Origin: Mobula hypostoma
Taxonomy: Eukaryota
Length of the DNA stretch: 64,000 bases
Direction of reading: 5' to 3'
Assembly: GCF_963921235.1 (NCBI RefSeq)
Contig: NC_086118.1
Coordinates: 21,950,001-22,014,000 of the forward strand
The notes under the pieces are model-generated. The model made no database searches and had not been told where the DNA came from. It worked only from the letters and a program-made list of their open reading frames with translations. Position 1 is the stretch's first letter. Every line of letters begins with the position of its first letter. Shown here piece after piece: positions 37,436-49,409 of this stretch. The position numbers and the translations under genes were made by a program.

Positions 37436-37980
37436 AAGGTTGTCATAGCTGGGAAAGATAGTGAGGATAAGCTCCCACTACCTATTAAATGTTTCCAATG
37501 GCATATGTCTCAAGTAGCCTCTGATAGCCAACCGCAGCTCCTGGCTTCCATGAGTGGCTTAGCTACTAAGCACGCTAGAACTGTTTCTACTGACAGGAGA
37601 AGGGGCAAAAGTGTGTTACTGGTGCTTTACAACCAGCCATTGTTGGCAGCTCTCCAAAGAAAAACTCTGATATCAAACCTACGCTGCCTTGTGGCTATAC
37701 CCGCTCCTGGGGAAGGCTTTACGAGTAAACCCTGAGGAAAAATCAGGAGCTGGAGTCCCTGAGGCAGTCCTACACTGAGTTCAACGCTGGCAACTCCTGC
37801 AACACCACCAGTGCCAAACTGTATCAGGGTCTGCTAATCCTCTGGACGCAGCTGTGTGGAATGGGGAAGCCTGCTGCATGGGCAAAAGCTTGCTCTCCAT
37901 ATTGTACTGCCCTGGCTTGTGTATCATGTAGACAGCTAGGACACAACGTCCATGGATGACCTTGACCAATAGAAGGCCTC
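37436..37980 (+). mobile_element. RTE-5'UTR-derived non-autonomous element (copy 1)
   Basis: Colinear with 53425-54000. Contains the RTE-type AAAACTCTGAT.TCAAACC motif. No ORF. Confidence 0.7.
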
Positions 37981-38859
37981 TAAATTCAATGCTCTCTGCT
38001 TGCTATTTGAGCAGCACAAAAATGCAGTGAATTTGATTGTGATTGCGATATAAAGGAATCCATTTTGTTCCTTTGAATGCCAGCTGAAACAATGTATTTG
38101 AAATTTCATCAGGATAGCTCAAATTCTCATTTTCCCAGGAAAGATAAATGGACTCTGTAATTATAGAAGGTGGAAGACTCTATTTCAAAGATATAATCTG
38201 CATTATGAACTAAAACTGTTGGAATGACTCGGTTTTCTGAGAAGTTGTTATTGTTTCAGTTTAATTTACTCTTTACCAAAACTGGAAAATAAACATTTCT
38301 CCTTATTCATCCAGTAGAACACATTTCCACATTAGATAAGTCCTCCTTCAACTTCAGTTACTTTCTTCAAATCAATGCAGCAGATAAGGAGCTTTTATAA
38401 CCTCAAGCAATAGCTGACATTTTTGTGCAATATGTGGAGACTTCTTGTCTGTTTGAGATCTGTTCTTTAGCTATTTTCCCTGTCATATGATGACTGTATT
38501 GGTGTAGTCACAGTGCTCCAAACCCGCCATTAATTTTTCTACTGATTTCTATTTTGTTCTCATTTTTACAATGTCTATCTTTTGCCTCTTCTCTTCCCTC
38601 TGGCTCTCTCAGGTGATATGTTACTGGAAAAATCCATCTCAGGCCCAGAGATACACACAGGTATCCGGATTATACTTTCTCCCAGCTTGCCTTTGTCAGG
38701 CTTCTATTCCATTCTCTCAGTTTCTCTGTCTCCATTGTATCTGCTTTGGTAATAAAATAGTTCACATGACTGTACCTGAAGTGTTTTCCTTTTACTTTAT
38801 CTATAGCTTCCTGCCCCCGTGTTTGACAGAGTCCTTGGCCATGTGTCATCTATTTTCAG

Positions 38860-39290
38860 CAATTCTGGTTTTATTCTCTCGGCTCTTGGATATAGAGTCC
38901 TCACCATCCCATTAGCAGATGATCCTGCACAAAATCTGCTACCTTCAGTGCGATTCTACCACCATATACATCTCTTCCTGAAGGGCCCATTTCCCACATT
39001 TCTTGATATAATTTCTCATTTCCACCAACTTCTTTCTATCTAGTGGCTTTTTCCAATGGATCTACAGGAAATACAACACCTGCACTTTTACTTCAATTTT
39101 TCTTTGGTCTCCCACTATGACCTATCTGCCTGTTGTATCCTAAATGGTTCCAATGAGGCCCAGCTGAAGCCTGAGAAACACCATCTTACGATTGATCTGG
39201 CTGCTCCTCAGGGTATCCATTTGTAATTATAGCTCAGTTGCTTTCTCTCCATAGTCCTTGCCTGACTTATTGGGCATTTTCAACACTCTC
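38860..39290 (+). mobile_element. Ancient Penelope remnant
   Basis: CAATGAGGCCCAGCTGAAGCCTGAGAAACACCATCTT matches the EAKLRLEEQHL block. A degenerate pLTR end follows. Confidence 0.55.
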
Positions 39291-39504
39291 TCTTTGGTTA
39301 TCGTTCTTTGATAAAGCTGTGACTTGAAGTTCACAGTTTTTACATACCCCTTTGCTTCTTTTCTCTATTTCAAATATCCTTATTAACCCATCAACCAGTT
39401 AGGCTGAATGGCCTTATTCTACTCCTGTATCTTTGTGGTCTTAAAGCGTTGTTATATTTTGAATTCTACCAGATTGTTTGATCTTGAAGATCTGATCAAT
39501 AGAA

Positions 39505-39740
39505 CATAAGTTTGTACTGTGGTATGTATTGCCTAATGGTAGGAGATCAACAAGACTCTGGGACAGGTGGGAGGGACCTTGACAATACTGAGGGCTCTGA
39601 GAACATAGCGCTTCTGGTATATCTCCAGCATGGGGTGGAATGTGACTGATGATTGTCTCAGAAATCATCACAATCCATTGCAGAGTCTTTTGGTCAGATA
39701 TCTTGCAATTCCCGTACCAGACAGCATACAGGTAATACAT
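39505..39740 (-). mobile_element. Rex1/Babar LINE fragment
   Basis: ORF 39441-39740 contains VWYGNCKISDQKTLQWIV...LLPLG. Confidence 0.7.
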
Positions 39741-40649
39741 TGCACCATGTTTTTGCCACTTTATGAAGGTCTTGATCAGTTTAATATCTGGTAGTTAACT
39801 GAACAAGCAATAATTTCAAGACTCACCTTAAGAAAGTATTTGAAAGAAAGGCAACTGAATAAAAAAAGTGGCTATCTGTTTATGCCAGCATATGCATCTG
39901 ATAGACTGAGTACCAGAAACAGCCTGCATACCATATTAAAGCATCTGTGCCTGAGTTGCACAGTGGTCCAAAATCCACCTTCCTTTCTACTGCCTTTCTT
40001 TGGAGTTATATGAAATTTCCTTTCCAGTTTATTCCAGGATTCCCAAGAGTCGAGGTGTGTGTTTAAGCGCCTGCATGATGTTGTAACTCTTTCTGCCTTT
40101 TCGCTTCCATTTGTAATTAGATCACTTTGCTTTTCCTCTGCACAGGAAATTGCAAGATATCCTTTCTAGAAATAGACACGAAGAATTTTGTGCCATGTTC
40201 AGGCCTGATTGGGCTTGAATGGACTTCCTTATGACCGTAACCATCCTATTTATCTTTGATTATTATGTTTCTGTTAGCAACATCATACTTCTCAACATAA
40301 TTTGCAATAAACTCTACTCTAACAATGAACAAGAAGAATCTTATAGATGTTTCTTAGAATTCAGGAATGAATTCATGTAAAGTCCTTAAATAAATTGAAA
40401 GACATTCCTTGATTTACAAGAAAGGACCTGTATCTGAAGTATGGACAAAACAGTTCCCATCTAATCTTTCATGTAGGTGTTACATATTTCATTTTCTTAA
40501 TTCATCACCCATTCACACACTACCCTCAAACATTTCACAAAACGTAGTCCTGTTTACAGAGCTTTTGTCAAAGATCATGGGGAATCTTCTAGCAATAATG
40601 GAAATTGCATTCAGTACTTTATATCTAGAGATGATAAAACACTACTTTT

Positions 40650-40737
40650 CACACACAAAACACTCGAGGAACTCAGCAGGCCAACAGCATCTATGGAAAA
40701 GAGTAAACAGTAGTCGTTTTGGGCCAAGACCCTTCAC
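40650..40737 (-). mobile_element. PLE pLTR fragment
   Basis: GAGGAACTCAGCAGGCC..CAGCATCTATGGAAAAGAGTAAACAG...CGTTTTGGGCCAAGACCCTTCA. Confidence 0.8.
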
Positions 40738-41673
40738 ATTACTTACTGGGGTATTACATGACTTCAGTTCTTAAAACTGCATCAAGTTTGAAGATAATTT
40801 GATCTAACAAATTTATGATGTCAGAACGAAACAAATCATCTTTAGGAGGATTTGATTTCTTAGCATTTTGTTGCAAATATTACATTAAAGCACTTATGTC
40901 TGCAGTAGTATATACAATATCTTTCATTATGACAGAAATCTAGGGGTTTCTGTCACAGTGCAGCAGGTATTCAGGATATAGCCCATTAGCTCAGCTGTTG
41001 CCTGTACCTCCTATGCAGACATCTGGCATGTTGCCTGGTTGGTGTCCATGAGCACCCCCATATCTACATGATACTTGCTCCGATCATTAGTATGATGCTG
41101 GCAGATCTCCTTCGAATACTGATAGCAATGATTGAACCCACCAGCTGTTACCAGCTTCCTAGCCAGAAGGAATAATTTAACAGGGCAACTCATATACCAA
41201 AGGGAACAGCTGTTTGCAATGAATGCTGCTTCACCCCTCCCCTCCCTTCACTCTTCCCTATTTAATGCACCAGAGTTCTTCCCTCCCATTGTTCCTAAAG
41301 GCATTGGATCTGAATGAACTACTTATCACTCACCCATTCTGGCCCATTCTTATCTTGCCAATTTTCTCCCAGAAAGGCATTGACTCCTACCTGCAGGTGG
41401 GGAGGAATAGGTCCTAGGTTCCCTGTCAGAGATATCTTCTTCATGTTTTCAACAGTGGATGCTACCAGATTGTTTGATCTTGAAGAACAGCACAACAGAA
41501 CATAAATTTGGCAATATGTAATATGGGACAAGTGGACTTACAGCATGGGCTAAATATCAATAATATCAACACCTCTTATTCTGGTTGTTTGAGAATAATT
41601 GGAAATTATTTGATATTGTTGTATATACAGAGATACAGTGAAAAACACGGTTTTGCAAGCCATCCATATATAT

Positions 41674-44600
41674 CACTGATTCTTGAGAATTTGGATAAAA
41701 CAGGTTTTAATTTTGAAAAGAAAAAAAATTTAAATGTTAAGAAATCTAGACTTATATGTTTATAGAACAAGGTCTCAGCAATCAAGCAATATTTCAGTGC
41801 AACCTCCTGATTTTGTAATTTTTTTCATAAAATATGTGTTTTTCCTGTCATTACTTAGTTTTTGTCAACAGTCAGACAAAATAAAAAGCTAATTATTCCT
41901 ATTTATTTAGTCTTATATAGATTTAAAGCTCTTAAATCATTGTGTCTACACCATAGGTACACATATATGCTGTTAAATGTTGAATATTCATTTTTGTTCA
42001 TTTTTTATACTATTTCACGCGTACTCCTTTAAAAACTCTTACATCATGCGACTTTTATCATTAGCATTAAATACACAAAATAACAACTTTGGACATAAAA
42101 AAACACATTTTTAATTTTAAAGAGGCCATTACTTTAATAAATCAACTGTTTTGGAGGAACAGATTGTAAACACATTAATTTAGAACAAAGAAAGTTCCAT
42201 CTGACAGTGGTGGCTGAGACCTGACGGTGGTGGCAGTGGCCTAATTACAACAAACAATTCCAACTTTTTCACCATTCAAGTCAATGCTTCCTTTGCTTAA
42301 CAATTTGGTACAACAAATAACAATTTGTCACGTATATTTTATCCTTCTGTAAATATTAATAACAACAGTAAACAGCAAAATAAAAACTACAGTACAACTG
42401 CAATGTTTAAGCATAAACATCAGAAAACACACCAGGAACTAAAAAGAGTTCCATCCATTTCTCGGCTTGAAAATCTTCGAAAACTTTATCTTTATCAGGA
42501 AGTAGTCAATTAATATGCTCCTCCTCTATGAAGTCCATGACTTCAGCAGACAGGTGGTAAATCTCCCTCGTCCTGCTTGCACGACCTGGTGATGATGGCT
42601 CCATCAGTTTGACCAGAATATCTTCAACTGGTAGGAAGCACATATCCTTTCCACCTGGTTTTGGATGGAAGCACGTGTTGGGCCCATGAAGATGGAAAAA
42701 CTCCACTTGAACATCTTGATGATGAGTATCCAGAGTGACAGCCTTTGCTAACTACTAATTTCAGTCATAAATGACTGAAAGCCAATCTCCACAATTAATG
42801 ACACCAGCAGATATATCTGTCGTAGTCCCGTCAGGACCACTCTGGGGTTCCTGCTCCATTTCCTCCATCAGCATTGCCAAAGGCCCTCTGTTCTTTCCCA
42901 TTGTGGTAGGGCCATCATTCTCCTCAGCCTGTACCCTGGCACGTGTATTTTCAGTCAACTGAAATGTTATTGGGCTGAAACACTGGCGCATCTGTGGCTC
43001 ACTGCAGAAACACGACAATGATCTGCAGTGGTTGCTGTTTCCGTAAGGTATGTATGGTAGAATGGACGTAAAGCACAGAAGGATGAATAACTGAGTTTTA
43101 CAGTTGGTTGCTTTTTGATGAACTCCCTGTGGAGGTTGAATATTGTGTCAGTTAGAATAATTCTCTGATGCTTTATTTTCTTCCGTGTGATCATGTCCTG
43201 TTTGTCAGTCGTCATTCGTGCAGCATTATGGTAGAAATCTTGAACATCTGGGTTATTGTTTGAATGTAAATGGGTTTTTTGTCAGTACTCCTTCTCTTTC
43301 ACAGTGTGTTGTATGTATGTCAGCCCGAACTGCTTTGTCTGGTGTATTAGGTGATATTTCTTTAGAACCCTGCCTGACAGAGTCAAGTTCTTTGATTTTT
43401 GAGCGGACTTGAGGGGCAACTGTAAATTATTTTTGGTTTGATTAAATTCTTGAATGAGACAGCTGTGGAAGAGCGGGGTTTTCTTCATGGAGGAGTTTTT
43501 GAGTTTGCTTCCCTGTTGCACCTGCGCTTTTTTTCTTGGTGATTCTTGTGTTTTTTTATTTCTAGTTTACTCTTGTCGCCAACGCTTTTTCAGTTTGTTC
43601 CTATCTTTTATTGTCTCTTGAAGTTTATTTTTCAAAGCTTTCATCTCTCTCAAGTATCTTGCTCTTGTTTTCTTTCTTTCCCTTTCCCCTGCTATAGACT
43701 GCCTACTGTGAGCTGGCTCCTGTATAGTCTGATCCAATGGACTATCTGGGGGAGTTTCTGGGCGTTCTGGGCCCTTTATCTTACGCTCTCTTGACTCTTG
43801 CTGTCTACATTTCCACGCTTTTCTTTTACTCCTCTTTTCCCTTTCATTCAAATCACTGATAGTTTTTATCTTCCCATCCTCTACTTTCTTCTTCCACCTT
43901 TGCTTTTCCTTTCTCAGGTATTCCTCCTCTAACTCTGGCTCACTATATATTTTCTCTCTCCACTTTTTTTGGTATTCCCTGTTTCTTCTCCTTCGCTCCT
44001 CCACTGATAGCTGCTGCCTAGCCATAACTTCCTAAAATACATAAAAGGAAGGTCAGAATTTACTATGAAATTGTGCAAAATTACTATGAATTTAATTATG
44101 TTTAATTTGGTGAAATTTTATAAAAAGATTATGAAATAGTGCAACTAAATTCATTTATGGTTTTAGTCATTGGGGATACATATAGTAAGGAAATATTGTA
44201 GGCCTGTGTATGAAAGAGATAAAGGGGAAATTACGTATATTATAAATGAAGAGGTTAATGAAACATTACAAGCCATATTACTATTTATTGTGATCATAAA
44301 TTACACTCAAGCCTCCACTGAGGATGATTTAGATGTTTTTGTCAAACTATGTGTCACCAGCGTCAGACAGGAAATCTGACAGTGTTGATGTCTGACGGTG
44401 GTGATGTCTGATGGTGGTAAAGAAAACACACTTTTTTACATGACATGCATGAGTTGTATACCGGAGCCATCTTGTTTTCCCTCTGTTACTTGCTGCCTCT
44501 GGCCTCTACTTAAAATGCATAAATTTATGTCATAATTTAAAATAATTCTTTCTATACAAAAGAGACAGTGTTGACAGTAGAAACATGAATAAATATGTAA

Positions 44601-45141
44601 AAACAGTTGAAAAAATAGCAAATTTACAGGAGCTTGTTTGACCTTGTTGCATTTAGCAGATGTGGAGGGTGGAAAGGGGGTCCTCAAGAATATAGCTGAA
44701 TATGTGGTTGCCTGATTTTATTGCTTTTTTATAAATATCTGACAGTGTTGTCAAAAACTTGGAACACTTTTTGAGAAACCACAAAATAAGAGTAAATATT
44801 GTTGAAAATTCACTGCTTTTAGTTTTAAAGAGGTTTTTCACTCTACTCTTTCATCTGGCATATATTATACATGTTAAATGATCTTTTTCACCCTTTTTTT
44901 TATCAAATTGAAATGATAATCTCTTGGCTGAGGACAAATGATTTTGTGGGTACTAGGCTATCATATAATCATATAATTTATAAAATTAAAAACAAACATA
45001 TGAAAAAATTGTTGCATTTGTGCAAAAGACCCTCAGATGATCAACGCTGATTATTTTAAATAAGAAAATGTTATTCATTTTCAATAGAATTAGCACTTTT
45101 CTTAGTGGGACATGTTTTCGTTGAAGTCTCAAGAATCAGTG
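41674..45141 (-). mobile_element. Internally deleted cut-and-paste DNA transposon, 3468 bp, CACTG...CAGTG termini
   Basis: Perfect 15-bp TIR CACTGATTCTTGAGA (41674-88 / 45127-41), extending imperfectly to ~31 bp. AT on both flanks. Repeated TCTGAC(A/G)GTG(G/T)TG motif. Central transposase remnant. Confidence 0.9.
42506..44025 (-). pseudogene. Transposase remnant (Sola2-like N- and C-terminal parts; catalytic core absent)
   Basis: Charged N-terminus (43567-44025), then SGRVLKKYHL, then RMTTDKQDMITRKKIKHQRIILTDTIFNLHREF...SYSSFCALRPF. This jumps at ~43059 to SCFC...CFSP and GDWLSVIYD...KDMCFLPVEDIL. Family call is from recalled motifs. Confidence 0.7.

Positions 45142-45142
<1 letters not shown>

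Positions 45143-45189
<47 letters not shown>
45143..45189. repeat. (TG)n microsatellite followed by (TA)n, abutting the right TIR
   Basis: Direct reading. Confidence 0.98.
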
Positions 45190-45196
<7 letters not shown>

Positions 45197-45769
45197 ATAT
45201 ATTATATTTCAAAACATTAGTGCATCAACATGGAAAAAGAGAAAAACAATTCCAGAATACAGATTATAGTGTTGGAGGCACAAGGGAACTGCAGTGCAGG
45301 TATACAATTCTGGAATTCCTTCTGCTTGTAGTTTACTTAACCTAGAGTTTGAAAGTTGCTGTGTTTTTGATTAACTCAGGTGTTCTGTTGTTCAACCAGC
45401 TGAACCAGTTTATTACATCTCAATTTGCAGAATATTAAGTAGCCTTAGAATTACTGACTTTGAAATAGAAGAGTCTTCAAGAAACACTTGAGGTTGTGCC
45501 TCCCATTCTGATAAGGTTGTGAAGGAGTCAAACAAAGAGTGGGAATAGACACAAACTGTTGGATAAAGTCTATTTTGATAGAAGCAATCATCTAATTTGT
45601 GAGGTTTAAATACAATGAGATTTTTCAAAAAAATAATGACCTGGTGACAGTAATACTGGGTTTAACTACTAATAGCCGGAATTTGTGAAACTTCACCCAG
45701 TCCTAGTTATTGCTGATTAGCTATCTACAGATCCATATACTTATGAGATGGGTCCCAGGCCCTTTCTCA

Positions 45770-46000
45770 AACATATCTATATATCTGTATCCAGCTGCCC
45801 ATTGTCCCCTCCCCTCCTGGATCCACCTAAAAAGCCCATGTCTCACCTTTCTCACTCGCCTCTTTATACTAACTGTTTCCCCTTTACACACTCAGTCCTG
45901 GTGCAGGGTCTCAATCCGAAATGTCGACTGTCCCTCAGTTCACAGATTCTGCTGAGTTCTTCCATTAGTCTCTGTTTTGCTCCAGATCCCAACATACGCA
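45770..46000 (+). mobile_element. PLE UTR/pLTR remnant
   Basis: CAGTCCTGGTGCAGGGTCTCAATCCGAAATGTCGACTG, a degenerate hammerhead at ~45893-45930. Confidence 0.75.
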
Positions 46001-47669
46001 GTTTTTAAAAATCTCCAACGTACATAGTAAAAACATTAATGAGTCATTCTTTGTATAAACATGGTATTCAGTTTTGAAACCTCTTGTGTCAAGTGGCTCC
46101 ATGCTGAGCGTTGTTCTAATAGACAACAGACTCTGTTTACACAGCCGCACCTTGTTGTTTCAAAATCCATCACTGCTGAGAAGTTTCAAACAAAGTAGTT
46201 TAATTGCCATTGTCACTTCGCTTTAGGCACCAACACATTTTAAAATGATTATTAATGTGTATTAATGCTTCAAGGTTATTGCAGGTTCAATGTATTGATC
46301 CTTGGCCGTATCCATGCTTAGGTTGTTTTCTACAGGAAGCCCATGCCCCTATCTCCTAACAAATACTTAGTGCATTAATTAATATATGCATTGTAAGAAA
46401 ATAATTGCTCCTTGTTTGTAAAGCTATTGCATGTATGCAGAGTGCAGAATTGCATCGGAACAATACAGTATATCTTACTATTTTCCGTACTTCTGCAGGA
46501 AGTAACAAAGTATAATTTAACCTTATCACTCCAATTTTGTAATATTCGCCTTATGATTTCACACTTTAGAGGTAGTCATCATTGAAGAATTTCATAATAG
46601 ATACTATGAATTGAAACAAAGCACTATTATGTTACAGGATTGTGATGACTCACTTGGCGCAGAACTGAACAAACCCTCCATTATTATTGTCTTCGTACAA
46701 TCTTCAACTATTCCATTATTTTGCTGATTGTTCTTTGAAATGCCTTGTGTTTGAAAAGTGCTATACAAATAAACTTGCCTTGCCTTACTATATTAAGAGT
46801 TTGAGCATTTTAAGTGGCTGGAGGTTATTAATAACGTTCAGAAATCTGACATTGTCCCCTCCGTTTCTTCGTAACTAGATGGATCAAATGTTTGCAGCTT
46901 TTCCCCTTTTAGAACAAAAGAACTGCTCTATTTTGCTTTTGAATATTTGTTTTCTATTTGATTTGCTTTAATTTTCAGATTAAAATAGTGGTAAAATGAA
47001 GCAAAAAGTGCAGAGGGATTGGAACTTAGGTTGAGAATTGAAATCTAACTGCTACAATAACTCATTTGGTCTCACCATTTCAGAGATATTCTCTTCATTC
47101 AACCTCTTTCTTACCTGCCTCATCTGTGACTGAAAACTTGCAAGTTTTCTCTTTTTTGGTTCTTATGAAAGATCCTGGAACTGAAACATTCAACAAGTCA
47201 GAAAGACTGTTAATGTTTTCAGTACGTTCTGTTCTTATTTAACAAACTAAATGCTGAACTGTCAATAAGTTTGAGAGAGTTAAGTGCAAATTTAGCCAAT
47301 GTCATTATGTAAAATTGTGTGGTTTTGAGAGCATGACTCATAGATGTCTGCCAGAGTTTGTTTCATATAAACTCCCTACCTCCCTAACTTAATTCGCCCA
47401 ATCATCATTTCCTTCCATTTCACACTTAACCACAAAAAAACTCTTCATTCCAATTATTTCATGCAGTAGAAATGTCTGTTTTTTTTTATCACCACCAAGG
47501 ATAATGATGTTTTACTTGAGTTCCTTATTCATTAGTACCTCATGATTTTATTCATGCTTATGCAATATGAGGGATTGGGGATGTTGGTAAAACCAACTTC
47601 TGTTGCACATCTTCAATTGTCCTTGGGAAGGTTTATAGTGAGTCACCTAACCAGAGTATAAAACTCTGG

Positions 47670-47804
47670 AGGAACTCCAGAGGCCAAGACCTGAAACGTC
47701 AACTATACCTTTTTTCCATGGATGCTGCCTAGCCTGCTGAGTTCTTCCAGCATTTTGTGTGTGTTGCTTGGATTTCCAGCATCTATAGATTTCCTCTTGT
47801 TTGT
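47670..47804 (+). mobile_element. Short PLE pLTR insertion with a 14-bp TSD
   Basis: GTATAAAACTCTGG at 47656-69 and 47805-18 flanks the pLTR sequence. Confidence 0.85.
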
Positions 47805-48372
47805 GTATAAAACTCTGGTTAGGTCACATCTGGAGTATTACTTAGAGTTCTTGTTAGCCCACTTTAGGAAGGATGTTGAGTCTTTGGAGAGGGTAGAGAA
47901 GAGGTTTTCCAGGAAGCTACCTGGTTTACAAGACATGTGCTATCATGATAGGCTGGATCACCTTGGGTTGCTTTCTCCGGAGCGGTGAAGGCTGAAGGTT
48001 GAACTGATAAAGGTTTACAGCATTGTAGAGGTATAGTAGATAGAGTGGATAGAGAGTATCTGTTTCCCAGGCTTGAAATGTCTAATACCAGAAGGCATGC
48101 AGTGAAGGTGAGAGGGGATGTGTTGGGTAAGATTTTTATTCGGAATCATGGAGGCTTGGAATGCACTGCCTGGTATGGTGATAGAGGCAAAGGCTTTTAA
48201 GAGATGATTGGATAGGTACATGGATGTAGGGAAGATGAAGGGATGCAGACACAGCGTAGGTTGGAGGGATTCGTATTTGGATATTTTTGACCTACTGTTT
48301 AATTGGTTTGGCACAACACTGTGGGCCTTATGGCCTGTTTCTGCGCTGTCTCTTCGATGTTCTATGTTCTAT
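47805..48372 (+). mobile_element. CR1 3' fragment
   Basis: YKTLVRSHLEY...RKDVESLERVEKRFSR. Tail TGTTCTATGTTCTAT. Confidence 0.88.
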
Positions 48373-48992
48373 CTTCATGGAGCACTGCAGTCCTTCTGGG
48401 GAAGGTACTCACACAATGCTGATAGGTGGGAATTCCAAGAAGTAGATCTAATGCCAAGGCATATTTATGATTCGTTGCTTGGAAATCCTGCTTCTGCTAA
48501 TGGAATCACTTTCTACCTGCAGCTACAAACCCCTTTATAATTTAAAAACAGGCATTGCCATGCCCTGATAAACATATCAACAAAAAAATACATAGAGCTA
48601 CACTGCTTTGACAGTCCAACCATTCTGCCCAACTCATCCCTTTTAGTATTCTCTTTTCGAGGAAAATACTGTAGATCCCTTATTTTCAATCTTTCAATAT
48701 AACTGTCACATTGAAGTTTAATTCAAATCAGAAATTTATGAGTGGCACTGCTCTGTTCAAAGCAGGAACTACTCTTGCCTTACCTTATGTTGATGTTGTG
48801 GAGAGGGTATGGACTATAGTTATGTTTCATGGTTTGGGAGAAATTTCTCTGCTGAGTGAGAGATGAATAAGGTTAAACAAATCAGATGCTTGATGAATTC
48901 TTATGTAAGCCTTCTGGTAGCAATAATTACAAAGTGAAATGTTGATTAGAATTTGAGAGGCCGAAATCATGCAACTTGGTTTTCAACCTTCT

Positions 48993-49400
48993 GAGTTATT
49001 GCAATTCACTGGTGAGTTACTGTAGTTCACCGAGTTATTGTGGTTTGCTTGTCAGTTATGGTGGTTCACTGATGAGTTACTGTGGTTCACTGGTGAGTTA
49101 CTGTAGTTTACTGAGTTACAGTAGCTCATTGGTGAGTTACTGAGCATTCATTTGTCAGTTACTGTGGTTCACTGGTGAGTTACTGTGGCTCACTGGTGAG
49201 TTATTGTGGTTCACCGAGTTACTGTAGTTCACCGAGTCACAGTAGTTTATTGGTGAGTTACTGAGCATTCATTTGTCAGTTACTATGGTTCATTGGCGAG
49301 TTACTGAGCATTCATTTGTCAGTTACTATGGTTCATTGGTGAATTACTGTGGTTCACTGGTGAGTTACTGTAGTACACTGGTTAGTTACTGTAGTTTATT
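48993..49400. repeat. Minisatellite, ~20 units of 18/21/22 bp (consensus GAGTTACTGTGGTTCACTGGT)
   Basis: Direct reading; units are adjacent, with no unique spacers. Confidence 0.95.
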
Positions 49401-49409
49401 CTGCTGATG

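Noticed and set aside
38613..38660. Possible 48-nt exon (strong pyrimidine tract plus AG; DMLLEKSISGPEIHT)
   Set aside because: The donor (GTATCC) is weak, the peptide is not recognisable and no partner exons were found. RNA-seq would be needed.
43567..44025. 152-aa charged ORF as an independent host gene or domesticated protein
   Set aside because: It lies inside the TIR element and continues past a stop into further transposase fragments; nothing shows domestication.
48993..49400. CRISPR-like periodic array
   Set aside because: Units are adjacent with no unique spacers, no cas genes are present and the context is eukaryotic.
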